In this document: piece after piece, positions 1 through 13,660 of the stretch | Position numbering within the stretch: the first letter of the stretch is position 1 | How the letters are laid out: each line of letters begins with the position of its first letter | Position numbers and translations under genes: made by a program | Notes under the pieces: generated by a model | Seen by the model: only the letters and a program-made list of their open reading frames with translations | What the model was told of the DNA's origin: nothing | The model's database searches: none | Assembly (NCBI RefSeq): GCF_009834535.1 | Contig: NC_045698.1 | Coordinates: forward strand, 3,784,001-3,848,000 | From: Camelus ferus | Taxonomy: Eukaryota | Reading direction: 5' to 3' | Length of the DNA: 64,000 nucleotides

Positions 1-1614
1 TCAGGTGTGGAGACAGTTTAGGACAGCTTGATGTTCTGGTCCATGCAGCTTCCCAAAGCGCCAGCTCCCTTGGGGAGGAGGGGATTTATCTCGGCTACAG
101 CCTGGCACAGGCGCTGTTTGTCCACTCCCGCTGAGCAAGGTCGACTCCTATCCTTGCTGATACATTTGAGACGAGGCGAGGCTTTGCGGTGTGTGGCTAG
201 GATTCAAATGGACTTGCATGGAAGAGCTAGAAAAGATTACTGGTGTTTGCCATTGCTTTGACAGTGAGCAGGAAAAATAAGGACCACGTGGAACTCACAC
301 TCCCCATGATAGCTTTCATCTGACCTGCATTTTTCTTTTTTTGGCTCCTTTTCTTTAATTTGGAGAACAGCATGGTTGCTGCCTGCAGAGACATTGCTGG
401 GAGCGCAGGTTTCCAAACAGCATGATCATCTAAGGGTACCATTGTGGACACATTTACAACCAACAGCGACGGAGAGTGATGTGTGAACGGTGATTTAATA
501 GTAAACCGACCAAGAGAGGCGGAGGGGCACGCTTTTGATAGAACAAGACCTTCATTATCTGACTGGTCTCCCTGGAAACTCATAAAGAAGGGAAATTAAA
601 ACATATCTTCCCTCCACTCTGGCTATCATCCAATAAAAAATATTGCTAATGCTTTGTTTTAGTGCCTGTCTCTCTACACACGATGTGCAAACAGTGAATA
701 AGGTATTGATTTCACTGCAGTGGGTCCCATTTGCTGTCTTGAGATTCGTACACACAAGATAGAGTCTGACACATTCACAATAAGGGAAAAAGCTTCCAAG
801 GAGAGGAGGATCCCACAGGAAGACCTGGAGAGGAAGCTGGACAGCTGCTCCCTGGGGTGAAGGACTGAGAGGGGTGTGCCAAGGTGTCCTTGTATCTAGG
901 GCAGGTGCGCTCCCTGGTCCCAGTGGCTTCTCAGAGACTGAGGCAGCTGCAATGCCATCAGCAATTGGTGTCAAGGGGGCAGTATTGTTCCCTTTCTGGT
1001 CGCCTCTCCTTGGCTCCCGCTGGAGCAGTGCACTGACCTTGTATCCATCCATCTCCCAAAAGGCTGCCTCTGGACAAGTCCATGTCAGACAAAGTGACAG
1101 ATGAAATTGCGCTGAGCACAAGGTGATTAACATGACTCGTGAATCCTGTCAACAGCGTGAGCTGGAGTTGAGGAGCCCCATGGTCAGGAACTGGGCTTGT
1201 GTGACTCAGACCCCCGACAGGCACGGCCCAGCAGACTCTGGCTCGGGTGTCCGAGCTCCTCGCTTCTCTGCTCTCCCATCTGTGAAGTGGCGAGAGCAAT
1301 GACTGTCCTGAGTTATTGAAAGGCACAAAGTGGGATAGTGAGCTGTCTGCAAAATACCAGGCTGTGGTTGTTCATAAGAAATGGGAGAGGCTGCTCTTGT
1401 TCTCTGCAGGCTAGAGGAGAGGGTGGTTTACTGCAATGCAGCCCAGGACAGGGAAGGCAGTCACTCACAGACCTCTTTTGAGTGTCCCAGATGTGCCACA
1501 CACCGGGCTGAACTCCGGGGAGGTGAGCGCAAAGAGGCATGGGCACAGGTGTGAGGGGGCCGCGTGTAGCCAGCAGCACGAGCCGTCTTGGCGGGGGGCG
1601 GGGGGGGGGTGCAG

Positions 1615-1990
1615 CACATGGTGTCTCAGGGCTGCCATAGCAAAGGACGACTCACTGGGTGGCTGGAAACAGTGGACATTTATTCTTACACAGTTCTGGG
1701 AGTCAGAAGTCCAAGATCAAGGAAGGGGTTCCTTCTGAAGGACATGGGGAGAATCTGCCCAGCTTCTGGGGATGTGTTGGCATCCCATGGCTTGCAGATG
1801 TGTCCCTCCAGTCTCTGCCTCTGTTGTCATATGGCTGTCCCCTCTCTGTCTTTTCCTTTTCTGTCCTGTATAAGGACCCTTGTCACAGTGCCCACCCTAG
1901 TCCAAGATCATCTCCTCTCACTAGCGTCACCTCTGTGACATCTGCAGAGGCCCTTATGAGGATAACCTTTTGGGGTTGCAGGTGGGCAGA
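1615..1990 (-). mobile_element. MaLR solo LTR (MLT1-type)
   Basis: Contains 'cagggctgccatagcaaag...gggtggctggaaacag...tttattcttacacagttctgggagtcagaagtccaagatcaagg', the typical reverse-strand MLT1 end. Confidence 0.8.
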
Positions 1991-3699
1991 TCTTCTGGGG
2001 GGCACCCGACATCTCACTGCACCTGAGCACCCTGGAAGCACCAAGCAGATGCTGGTTTCTCAGAAAGGCAGCCTCTCCGTTGAGCTGGAAGTCCCCAGGG
2101 TTGGTGGAGACTGGAGAGGGTGGTGAGCAGGGTGAGGTAAGCAAGGCACATGGAGACAGTGCAGGCCAGGAGGAGAGAGGGAGTGGGCGTGAATCTCCAG
2201 CACACCACTCTGGGGAATCTTCGCACTGCCAGGAATTTTGGGAGATCTTATTTTCTGCTTCTTGGTATTAGATTTGGCTCACATTTTCCTAAGTTTTGGG
2301 CATCAGCCTGAAATGGTGGCTTTTGGAGGCAGGGAAACGAGTTCGTAGCTCAGCCATTCCCGGGATAAGTCCACCGATCTCTGCATTGCAACGAGATTTT
2401 CCTGCAAAAACAGGGATCCTTGTACAAACACTTAGTCTCTTGGAGGATTACATGAGCTAATGAAGGATAGGTTGCTGCATGTAACAGTGGCTCATTGCAA
2501 AGCGACTTCCTCCCCTCCTCTTGCCTACTCTCATAGGTCGACTTTCAGGCAGCCCCTTCTATTGAACTATAACTTAAACTAAAAAATAATATGTAGGTAT
2601 TTCCAGGAGAGTGTTTCCTCATAGATACAACCTGCTCTGTGCAACCAAGTTCATAATCTTTAGCCTCATCCCATGAACTAATTCCTGAACCACTATTTAG
2701 TGAACAATAGATGAAAAGGGTCACAGTCGCTGGCTGAGCGCCACCTTGTGCACAGGGCTGGGCCCCAGGAGGGAGGCACTGCTGTGATGCTGGGTCTGTG
2801 CTTTGGGGGTAGGAGTCCCCTCACTGCTCATTGTGAGCCCAGGCCTTCCTTCTGTATGGTAGGTAGTTCTACCTCTTACCTATTTTTAGGTCTCATTTTT
2901 TTCCCCTTATGATCACATCAACCATGTGTCTTGTATTTGATTTGGGAAGAATCCAGGGATGTTCCTTGTATCCATTAGGCATCTGATTGGTGCTGAAAAT
3001 GGGAGAGGGACGATAGGACCTTTCTCTGTGGACAGTCCTTACATAAGTTTGGCCTTAAATTGTGCTGATTCTTCCTCACCTGGTCCCCGGCAGTGGCCTC
3101 CCTGCCTTTGCCCTGCCCTCCCAGGAGCAGCGGGGAAAGCATCATAACACAGAACTCTCCTGATGTAACGTCCTGGAGACCCTGCTGCTCAGTTCACACC
3201 ACTGCCTGGTCGTGTGGTGGAGACGGTGCTTCCCCTACTAGCCCGCGAATGTTTTATACTGGACAGAATCTAAACTCTTTAAACTCTAAGACAAATGTTA
3301 TTTTGGTTGGAGCTTCATTACAGTGAAGCATTTTATTCCAGAATTTTTCAGCTGGCCTTGGAACTGCTTAAAAGAACAACACTGAGAGTAATGCTTTAAA
3401 ATTGCTTATAATCTGGCATCACCCTAGGGCTACTAATGACTTGTGTCACCTGGTTTTGTCCTGTTATGGAGCTGTAAGCATGATCCGATGTGACTTGTTC
3501 TAAGTTCCACTGACCCTTTAGAAAATTCTGATGTTGATTTGTATTCTTTCAAGGTCTTTGAAGATTAATACTGCGATTATCAATAACTTTGTCATTTTTT
3601 GAATATAGAAGCCATTCTGATATTGCAGAAAACAAATTCTCTGACTCTCTGACCAACATAAACATTTAAAATCAATAAATACTACTCAGATAAAATAAC

Positions 3700-4560
3700 T
3701 ATGCATTAGAAACAACTATTAAAAGTATTTTATATATCTCATTGGTCAGAAAAGGATGAAACCTAATGAAACTAAAGACATTTGGAACCAAAGTGTAATG
3801 GAAACGTATGTGCTAAAACTTTAAAGATGCAGTTTAGAGAATTCTTCCAGGGAATTTTATTATCTCAAATCTATAGATCATAAAAGAAGAAAGATTAAAA
3901 ATTAATGAGCCAAGCATTGAACTTCAATTAGAAGAAACAATTAATGGAATAAATTGATGGAAAGAAATAAAACTTAGACAAGAAATTAGTGAAATATACA
4001 ATAAATAACCTTCAAAAATGTCAACAACAACCATAATAAATCTGGTGCTTTACAAAGAATGTTTGAACATTAACTAATCTTGGGAAAAGTCAATCAAGAC
4101 AAAGAAAATATAAATTAATATTGAGGGTAAAATGGGGACAGAAAGAGCAAAGTTTAAAAATTGTAAGCCAATATCAACATAAAACATTTTGCTATTGGCA
4201 AAAAAGCCCCACAAAAACAAAAAAACCAAATTGACACAAGAAGATATAAAAACCTATATAAGCCCTGAATTAATTCTCAGAACTACCCACAGGAATGTAT
4301 CTGGGACAGCTGACTTTCCTGGCAATTTTACCAAACCTTCATGAGTTAGATAACTCCTATAATTTTCAAACTGTTCCAGAGCATTAAAAGAGTGGAAAAT
4401 GTCTCAACAACATTTATAAATCTAAGACAGCCTTGTTCCTAAATGAAACATGAGGCGTCTAGACAAGGAAAAGTAAAGGCTAGAGTCACCAAGGATCATA
4501 GATGTAAATGTCTTAAATGATACATTAGAAAATCAAATTCAGTAATGAATAAATGTAAAA
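3700..4560 (+). mobile_element. old degenerate L1 ORF2 fragment
   Basis: A-rich sequence with L1-like motifs ('aagaagaaagattaaaaattaatgagcc', 'ttttcaaactgttccagagcatt'). No open frame. Confidence 0.6.
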
Positions 4561-4914
4561 TGATAAAATAAAATATATAAAAATTTAAAAAAAGTATGTA
4601 TGTGTATACTCAGACACACACACATATGTATTTATCCATATATGTCTCTATATATCCCAGTAGAGTATATTACAGAAGAAGTATGGTGAACATTATAGAC
4701 ATTTTAAAGTATCTAATGTTAGAAAGTTGTGGTTATGCTATTACAAATAAATACATGTTTTAAAACTACATAAATTTCTATCAATAAAGGTTTCACTAAA
4801 GATATTGAGATATAACCATGTGATGGCATTTTTATGGAGAAGTTAAGATGAATAATTTATATCCACATATATCAATGTGGATTTATTTTAAAAAATAGAA
4901 TTAAAAAAATACTG

Positions 4915-5475
4915 TTTTTGGGAAATAGTATGAAGTTTCCTCAAAAAATTAAAACTAGAACTACCATGAGATCCAGCAATTCCACTTCCTGCTATTTATT
5001 CTAAGGAAACTAAATCATTAACTTAAAAAGATATCTACACCCCATATTCATTGCAGCATTATTTACAATAGTCAAGATATAAAAACAACCTAAGTGTCTG
5101 TCAACGTATGAATGGATAAAGAAGATGTGTGATGTATACACACACGCACCAGCACATCCACAGTCACACACACACACCAACACACACATGGTCACACACA
5201 CACACACACACACAGGAGTATTATTTAGTCATTAGAAAGGAAAAAATCCTGTCATTTGTGATAACATGGATGCACCCTGAGGACATTAAGCAAAGTGAAA
5301 CAAGTCAGACAGAGAAAGACAAATACTGTATAATGTCACTTATATACACAGAGTCTAAAAAAAAAGACCCCCCAGAACAAACTCAAAGATACAGAGAACA
5401 GATTGATGTTTGCCAGAAGTGGGAGGAAGAGAGTGAGTAAAATTTTTAATTAAAGACTTTAAAAAGAAAAAAAAA
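4915..5475 (+). mobile_element. L1 3' end (L1M-type) with internal (CA)n tract
   Basis: Contains 'ctcaaaaaattaaaactagaactaccatgagatccagcaattccacttc', 'atggatgcaccctgaggacatt', 'gagaaagacaaatactg' and an A-rich tail. A (CA)-rich tract lies at ~5137-5213. Confidence 0.9.
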
Positions 5476-6269
5476 ATGTTTTTCTGTTCTATTTGAATAG
5501 AAAAACATTGCAGAAGAACACATTCAGAATTTTGCTATTCATGTAAATCTAATGACACACAAGATCACTCTTATTATCTATGTACATGAAAATATAAAAT
5601 TAAAAATTAAAATGTCATTAATAATAATATAAGTTCCAGAGTAGTAGTGACTTTTACAAATGGAATCAGAAAACAATTGTGAAAGCTAGTATCAAATATA
5701 TTGATTAAAAAGCCTTAAACAATTACGGTTACTAGTCAATATTTCTTAACAGAATAATGTGTAAGTGGGTGTTTGCTATCTTTTTTTCTATTTTTTGTAT
5801 ACTTAAAATATTCCAATATTAAAAAAGAGAGAGAAATGCTAAAAGTTTCCATATATTCGAGTTAACTTTTTTTGTTTTGTTTTGTGATAGCACAATCGTT
5901 AGGCTGCAGTTGCAAATCCTCAGTCATGCTGGCAGTTGTCCTTGGGATCTAGAAATGTCTGAAAGTGGCTCAGCAGTGGTTCCTCCCAGGCATGTCGCTG
6001 TCATGTGGTGTCCTCCTTCCCAGCCGTGGGTAGAGGAGACTCATCCTGATGGGGTGGCTGAGTTCATGATGCTGCCAGCACCGGGCGGAGAAATGAACCT
6101 ACTTTGGATGTAGAGTGTATATTCTGTGTGTCATGTGCCCCAGCCTCCTTCCCTCACCTTCAAATGCTGCCCTCAGGAAAGATCTAGACTAAGATCAGAG
6201 CTGGTAGGTTTGAATCCCTGCCCTGCTTCCCGGTCTCACGTCTACTTCCTGGCACTGTGATATTGTCCT

Positions 6270-6932
6270 TGGAACTGGAACCCTTGTGCACGGCTGGTGG
6301 GAACGTAAATAGGTGCAGCCACTGTGGAAAACAGTATGGAGGTTCCTCAAAAAATTAAAAATGGAGCTACCAGATGATTCAGTAACTCCACTTCTGGGTC
6401 TCTATCCAAAAGAACTGAAATCAGGATCTGGAAGAGATATTGGCACTCTCATGTCCATTACAGCATTATTCATGCAAGCTGAGATGTGGAAACAACCTAA
6501 ACGTCCACCCACAGATAGATGAATAAGGAAGATGTGGTCTATACATACCATGGAATACGAAGTCAGCCTTCAAAAGGAGGAAATTGCTTCAATATGGGAG
6601 AACATAGATGAATCTTGAAGACATTGTGCTAAATGAAATGAACCAGTTACAAAAAGACAAATACTGCACGATTCCACTTAAATGAAATACCTAAAATAGT
6701 CAAATTCACAGAATCGAAGAGTAGAATGGTGGTTGCCAAGGGCTGGGCAGGGGCGAAATGGGGAGTTACTAACCAAGGGGCATAAAGTTAAGCAAGATGA
6801 GTAAGATCTGGAGACTTGCGGTCCAACATTGTGCCCGTGGTCAACACCACAGCATAGTACACTTAAAAATGTGGGTGTAGATCTCTTGTCAAGTGTTCTT
6901 ACCACAATACAATTAAAAAAAAAAAAAAAAAG
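6270..6932 (+). mobile_element. L1MA-type 3' end with poly(A) tail
   Basis: ORF 6313-6522 ([28 protein letters not shown]) is the L1 ORF2 C-terminus. It is followed by a 3' UTR and an A-run at ~6915-6932. Confidence 0.93.
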
Positions 6933-7729
6933 AAGACTTGAAGGAAATGAGAAGGAGTGGGGGGTGGAGCGTGGAGACTTCAGGCTGCAGAGTCTTTTCC
7001 AAGAATCTCTCTCTTTAATTAAATCTCTCCCTTGTCATTTTTTTCTCTATTTCATTTATAATGACCTGAGGACCCCAGCACAACCCTCTGGCCTTTGATT
7101 TGTGTAATTTAAAACAGACAGACACATAAACAAACACATCTACGTCCTGGTTGTCTGGGAGACTTTCTGCAGAGATTTCCATGTTTCTAAACTGAGCAGG
7201 AGTCCATACTGACAAGTTGTCACAATTACGGTTGATAGGACAGAAGTTATTTTTAAAATATAATTAAAAATATTTATTTTCCAGTTTTGATGCAAAGTTT
7301 CTGGAGACCATGAGGAAAATTATCTTGTCAGTTGGAAATGAGTCACTTATTTTTTGAGAAGATGGATGGAAGTCTATCCCACACCTCGAATAGGACAGAA
7401 TTTTAGCAAGTGACAAGAGGAATGAACTGAAACAATCCATTTGGACTCTTGGGTAATTATCAAGCCATTTATTGATGACTCAGTGCTGTGTGTGGGCAGA
7501 TATTGATTTTTTTACGAAGCAATTGTGTCCTGCTGGTCATTTTAATTTTGCTGTCTCAGTGGTTCAGAACATCATTCCCTCTTTCACTCTTGTGATTATT
7601 AGACTATCAAGTGTTAAGCTCAGTCAAACTTAAGATAAGTTGTAAAACCAATTGCAAGATCAAAAGCTGTGTTTTGCTTCTAAAGGGAATGATGACAACT
7701 AAACGTGGATTAACTTCACATCCAGGGGC

Positions 7730-9245
7730 TTAGTTGTGCTCCTTAAAAGCGGAGTTCAAAACAGGGATTTGGGTGCTCTTGATTTATGGAGGGAGAGCTC
7801 TGCAGGAAAATCTGGAAGGAAGGGAGCAAAGCAGGATAAGGAAGGAGAGACAGCCCACCAAGCGTGTGGTCACAGGCAAAGTCTATGTTTGGTCTGATCT
7901 TGAGGATGAGGGGTGTTCTGAAGCATAAATCAACTCCTGATTTGTACCCCCTTGAGTCAAGGGTGCAGATCTGTTCCCTCATGTTAGTCATGCATTGGTT
8001 AAGGGCTGCATCCAGGAGGGGTCTGTGTAACTTCCCAGGTACAGCAGCTCCTGTCAGCAGAGAACGCATCTTCAGGGAAGGGGGAAGCGGCCGACACTCA
8101 GCAGCTGGGGGATGGGAGTGCCAGCCTAGTTAAGGGGGTCTGCATGGGGCGCCGTATTGCCTCTGACAATCCACCCCATGCAGTGCTTAAATCCACTGTC
8201 TCCCACATTAACTTCACTCCACTCTTGAGTCTGAGATCACAAGGCTCAGGGAAAATTACAAGAGTTAGGTTGGTGGAGAAGTTGCACTCACTGCTGTCCC
8301 GGATGGCCCTGGCTGAAAATTCTTCCCTCTTCTCGTACCAGCTCTAAATTACTCTCACTGTTAGCTAGGATTTTGGCTGATCCAGGTGGACTGTCTAGTG
8401 TGTCGACCCAACCTTCATCCTTGATGGTTCTGAGATCCTGGGGGATCAAACTCTTATCAGGCTACAGCTGCTGCATTTAGCTATTACTGTTTAAACTGTG
8501 CACCCAGAAACGCCTTGTGGGTTACCTAAGAGCACTAGTGTTATAATGACTTCATGGTGGGCAGGGTGAACTACCCCAGGGTCAAGGTAACACATTTCTA
8601 TGCCTGCCGACTCTACAGCATGAGAAGTTCAGTGGTCAGGCAACAGCCCTTGCTCACATTGCAGGGTAGCTTCCTGTCTCCTGTTAACAGCATCTCCTCT
8701 TGGTGAAAGGAACTCTAGACTCCCAGTTGAGACTGGCCACAGAGCCAAAAACTGCTGCGACGAGAAATACAGACCCACCAAGCAGGTCACTGGGAGTGGT
8801 AGCGGTGGGCTTGCTTCTTCTTCCCCTTGTTTTCCAGACACAGCAGTTGTACCTCTGAGGACATGGCACCAGCTGTCTGGGGTTCCCAAGAAGCAGAGTC
8901 TGAGACAGAGATTCGGGTGCCCACGGTCATATTGGCAGTGCTCCTCAGGAGAAAAATAACCTGTACAAGAGAAACTGACTTAGAACAGGAGAGGAGAAAT
9001 TGAGCAGGCTGTGGTTTCAGGGAACCATCCAGGTTTGCCAGGGACGCTTTGGAACCTAAATCACATCACCAGGTTGCCACCCTTTTGATGCAGGGGAATG
9101 TCTTATGCCTCCTATCAGTTAGCCATCGACTGTGGGCCGTGGGTTTGGGGGACATCCCAGCAGCAGCAGAACTCATGGCAGCTGGTCGGTTGGTATCGCC
9201 TGATAAGGGGGACCTGGGTGAGGCATCCTGGTGCCTACTATACCT
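7730..9245 (-). mobile_element. internally deleted ERVL-type provirus: two LTR16/LTR33-like LTRs (~7730-8168 and ~8874-9245) with ~700 bp internal sequence
   Basis: The two LTR-like segments resemble each other at both ends. On the minus strand, LTR end '...CA' is followed by 'gcTGGTGCCA' (PBS-like, 8864-8871), and purine tract 'GGGGTGGAT' (8169-8177) immediately precedes 'TGT' of the other LTR. Confidence 0.65.
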
Positions 9246-9499
9246 GCATCCTGTGCCTTCACATTTTCACTCCACAACCACCGACTGTGTGAATGGGGAC
9301 AAATTAGTTAATCTCTGTGCCTGATTTATAAAATGTCACTTAGTAAGCTCCCAGTAATATTAGCTTTTATTTTTGTCATTTGTTTTTACTGGCATTGTTG
9401 CTATTCATTGTTCATTTAATGGAGTTTTCCAAGATGCTGAGCGTGAAAAAAATCTTTTGGAGATTAAAAAAAAATTTAAAAAATTAAAATTTGAGATTA

Positions 9500-9812
9500 A
9501 GAAATACAGATTTACAGACACAAAAAACAAACTTTTGTTTTCCAGGGAAGGCAGAGGGATAAATGGGAGTTTTGCATTTGCAGATACTGACTACTATATA
9601 TAAAATAGATAATCAATAAGATCCTACTGTAGAGCACAGGAAACTATATTCAATACCTTGTAATAGCTTGCAACGAAAAATAATATAAAAAAGAGAATAT
9701 ATATATATGCATATGCACATACATATATGCATAACTGAACCACTATGCTGTACACCATAAACTAATGCAACATTGTAAACCAATTATACTCTGATAAAAA
9801 TGTATATATGAA
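9500..9812 (+). mobile_element. 5'-truncated cetartiodactyl-type L1 3' UTR
   Basis: Contains 'cagatactgactactatatataaaatagataa...gcacaggaaactatattcaataccttgtaata...ctatgctgtacacca'. The same family recurs at 28.9, 41.3 and 46.2 kb. Confidence 0.88.
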
Positions 9813-12367
9813 AGAAATAGATGAATTTTCACTATGTACTGTTGAATATTTAAAGACACAATTAACCGCTACAAGGTCAGTTCTAAAATTTCTCATGTTC
9901 ATTTGTTCTTGTAAGATGATACAATTGTTCAACACTCATGCTGAGTAAAATAATTAATAGCCTGTTGAATACAATTTCTCATTATCTAAACATAGGAGCT
10001 AAGTATGAAATACATCAACAGGTCTGGTTTATAGGTCAGGAGAGTTTGGTCTCGTGCCCAGATCCGGTCCTGACTCACTGTAAGACCTTGGGAAGACGAC
10101 TGTCACCTCCATCCCCCAGGCTTTCAGATTAAGTGGGGACAGGGAGAAAACTGATTTCTTTGAGTGTCAGCTAAACCTGGGGCTGGTTGGCTGTGAGGAC
10201 CAGAAACCCACTTAAACTAGCTCAAGAAAAGGGAGGTTATTTTAATTTTATTGAATTTATCAAATCCTGGATTTCACCATCAGGAATGTTTGTCACAGTT
10301 CTTTGCAAATCAATTTAAAATCTCTCAGTCTCTGTGTGTCTTAGTTCAAATCCTCAGGAGACAATATGATTGGCAGCTGGCAGGTCAAATCTGCTGCAGC
10401 AGGAAGGGGGTCCACGTGGTAGAGCCCAGCCCCCCTGCTCAAGGCTGTGAATGGGATGTGAACTAGAAGCACAGCAAATACAGTTGATTGACAGCTCTGC
10501 TTTGGGGGCACATCACGTGCTAGTCAAGCCACTGTGCTGTCTGCTTTCTTCTTGATGATCTTGCTGGGCAGGCACGAAGAACTCGCTTTATGGATCTGCA
10601 GACTGAGTGGGATTCGGTTGCTTTCCTAGCTCTGCAATCGGAAGGGCAGAGCTGGGATAGCTCTCCACCTGATTTCCTGCAGGTTCTATGGATGAGAGCC
10701 CATGTCCAGCACTTCTGGGGGTTACCCATGCTGGTGTCTCCGTGAAGTGGGGGAAGATGGCGAGACCCTGTGCTGCTATAGCAGGCCGTCATGACTGCAT
10801 GGCCAGGATTTCCTTCTGGGTGCCAGGGAAGCTTGCCTCCTGGCCCACAGGAGTCCTTGTCCACTGCTGGAATGCTCTGAGACAATGTCCCCTGTCTCAT
10901 CCATGCCTACATTTCACTCTTGGGTCTCCCAAGGCGAATCTCCCCTGCAGACCGGAAGTGTGTCTTCAAGTGTTAACCTGGGGCAAACTATGGCCCTGGA
11001 GTTCAAGAGCCAGAAGGGGCACAGCTGCTTCCAGGTCTTGAAGCAATCACTCCAGGGTGGCCCCAAGGCCACCCCTTTTCCCTGCTCTTTGATGCCTCAG
11101 ATCATGTGGTTATCCTGGAATAGTGCTGGGAAAACGCCAGTGTTTTTAATAGTCCTGCTTTTTGCTTATATTCTTTGTCAATTTCATTGCCATTGGCTCA
11201 CAACTTCCAGAAATTCCTCAGTGCTCTGGACTTCCCGTGAAGTCATTCTACTTTCCATCACCAGGATGCATTTATTTTTGTTTTTTATTCCTTCTTTAGT
11301 TCCGTAGGATTTTTGTAGAAGCAGGTGTAGATTTGTGTGCTCAGCTATCTTGAAGTGAAGGCTCTGGACTTCAGTCTACATTACTGATAAAAGCCAGAAA
11401 CAAAGCTTACCTCCTTGGTGCATTCTGATTCTTCTGCTTATGTGTGGCATGATAATTTTAATCGAGTTTTTTTGTCTGTTAGTCTCGGCCTTAGGTGTTG
11501 GTGGTTTTCGTCCCTTTTTTTTCCCTCCAAAAGTGGACCATCATAGACACAGCCTCTGGGAAAAAAAGTGAATTTTTGATAGCTGTTCTTTTCATCTTTT
11601 TTTAAGCGATTTATTTCTGATTAATAATAGTTTCAAGAAGAAAGGTAGATTCTGTTGCAGAAAAAATGGTAAGAAAACATTCTCTTTTCTTTGGAAGCTA
11701 TCTATACACATTGAATGCCATGTTCCCTCAGGTAGCGTTCTCAGAGTGAGGAAAACAGTAGCTCTTTTGAATATAAAAATGTAGAGTCATCTCCTTAGAC
11801 CACAGAAGGTAAGTATTTTGACAAATAGTGACTTTTGGTCAACAGCAAATTTTATGAGTTACCAGTGTGATATGACTGCTAAGAAATAAAACGTGATCTT
11901 AAACTGCAATAAACAAGGTACAATATACTTGGAACATTTCTCTCAGTTTTGGGCACTGAACTTTTGTCTTTTTTTTTCTTTAAATCATCTTAACAAATAA
12001 TTACGAGGCAAATACCCAGTAAGTGCCACTGAATTAATAGAACTTGACATTCTCACCCGGAGCTCCTCTGTCCTAGTTACAAACTCTTCCTGCCTTGGGA
12101 AGTCATTAACTCGCTGACTGTTATGGTAATCAGGTCCTTGCATTTCTCGACAGTTTACCACCCATATACATAACTAGATCCTGAGAACTTTTATTTGTAT
12201 TTTACACTTATTTTAGTCTCAATTTTCCACGCCATCCTTGCCAAATACACAGCCTGGGATTTGAGAATTGCGTTCTCGTGTCACAGGTCAACGTTCTCCT
12301 CTGTCTGTTGTGTTCCCTCCAAACTGGCAGCTGAATCTAGAGATTTGCTGAGACTCAGATTCCATCC

Positions 12368-12842
12368 TTGTAGCAGGCAGGCTAATGTCCTGTCCACCCC
12401 CCAAAGACATCTACAAAGATGTCCACATCAAAATCCTTGGAATCTGTGAATATATTACCTTACATGACAGAAGAGACTTTGCAGATTTGCTTCCATCAAG
12501 GATTTTGAGATTGAGAGATGACCCCGAATTATTCAGGTGAACCCAGCTATGATCACAAGGGTACACAGAAGAGGGAAGCAGGAGAGTCAGCCAGGGGAGG
12601 AGATGTGATGACTAAAGCAGAGGTTGGAGTGATGCGGCCACAAGCCAAGGGATGGGGGAGCTTCCAAAGTTGGAAAAGGTAAACAGATTTTCCTCTAGAG
12701 GCTCCAGAAAGGACCACAGCTCTGCTGCCACTTTGGTTTTGGGCCTGTAGGACTTCTAACCTCAGGGACTGCAAGGAAACAAACTGTTGGTCAAGTCACT
12801 AAGTTTGGGACAGTTTGTTGCACAACCACAGGAAACTAGTGC
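12368..12842 (+). mobile_element. MLT1 (MLT1C/D-like) solo LTR
   Basis: Contains 'aaagatgtccacatc...atctgtgaatatattaccttacatg...gactttgcagat', 'cagattttcctctagaggctccagaa', and the end motif 'caggaaactag'. Confidence 0.88.
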
Positions 12843-13214
12843 CATCCCTCTGGCAAGAGCGGAGGTGGCGGGTGATGAGTTCGGTCAACAGGAGACACGC
12901 GAGGTCTGGGCTCTTTTTCTGTGACGTCAGCTGAGGTGCAGCCCTTTGCTCCGGTCTGTGAATCCACTGAGCCTGCAGAATGGCGTCATTCTGCTTCTGT
13001 TATTTCTTGCCCGTGTACTGGCTGGAATAGTTCCAGAAGTGGATGTTTCTACATGGTATCGCGCTCATAGGGGAGATACATACTCACTTTCGCCATTTTA
13101 TTTACTGGGTTTTAAGACAATGAATTCAATTTCCTTCCATGTTCTGAAGATGCTCAAGTCAGGTTTTTTTATATAAAAGATTTATGAAGTGTTCGGTGCA
13201 TTACAAACATGACC

Positions 13215-13450
13215 CTCAATGAAGATCAAATTGTTCTGATTTTGGCCAATGCAAGACTCAGGATGGCTTCTGAATCCCTTTGACATGACCCTATCAGTCT
13301 TTGATTCAAAGGGGTTTTTTGCTTTCTAAAATCACTAGATATTCCAGACTTACCTTGTGCGTTTTTGGCCTTAGGTCTAGAATCTGTTGTTTCTCCAAGA
13401 AGTCTTGGTTTCTTTCAGTGGAAAATACAATTTCAAAACCACAATAGAGG
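13215..13450 (-). mobile_element. old L1 (L1MC/ME-like) 3' UTR fragment
   Basis: Contains 'ctttgacatgaccc', 'ttccagacttaccttgt' and 'tttctccaagaagtcttggtttctttcagtggaaaat'. Confidence 0.6.
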
Positions 13451-13521
13451 GTCTAAGTAGTAATAAACCTGTTTCACCTAGGACTCTGGTGTGTTTTCAC
13501 CGGTGGGTCTTTTTTTTCACC

Positions 13522-13660
13522 TTTCTTTTTTTTTTTTTTATTGAGTTATAGTCCGTTTACAATGCTGTGTCAATTTCTGGTGCACAGCACAGTGCTTCAG
13601 TCATACATGAACACACATATATTCATTCTCATATTCTCTTTCACCATGAGCTGCCACAGG
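13522..13660 (-). mobile_element. short camelid L1 3' end with poly(A) (T-run on the + strand)
   Basis: A T-run is followed by 'attgagttatagtc..tttacaatgctgtgtcaatttctggtg', the reverse complement of the 3' end seen at ~41620-41670. Confidence 0.85.

Noticed and set aside
6313..6522. ORF with clear protein homology (also 41131-41334)
   Set aside because: These are L1 ORF2 C-terminal remnants within truncated elements, not host genes.
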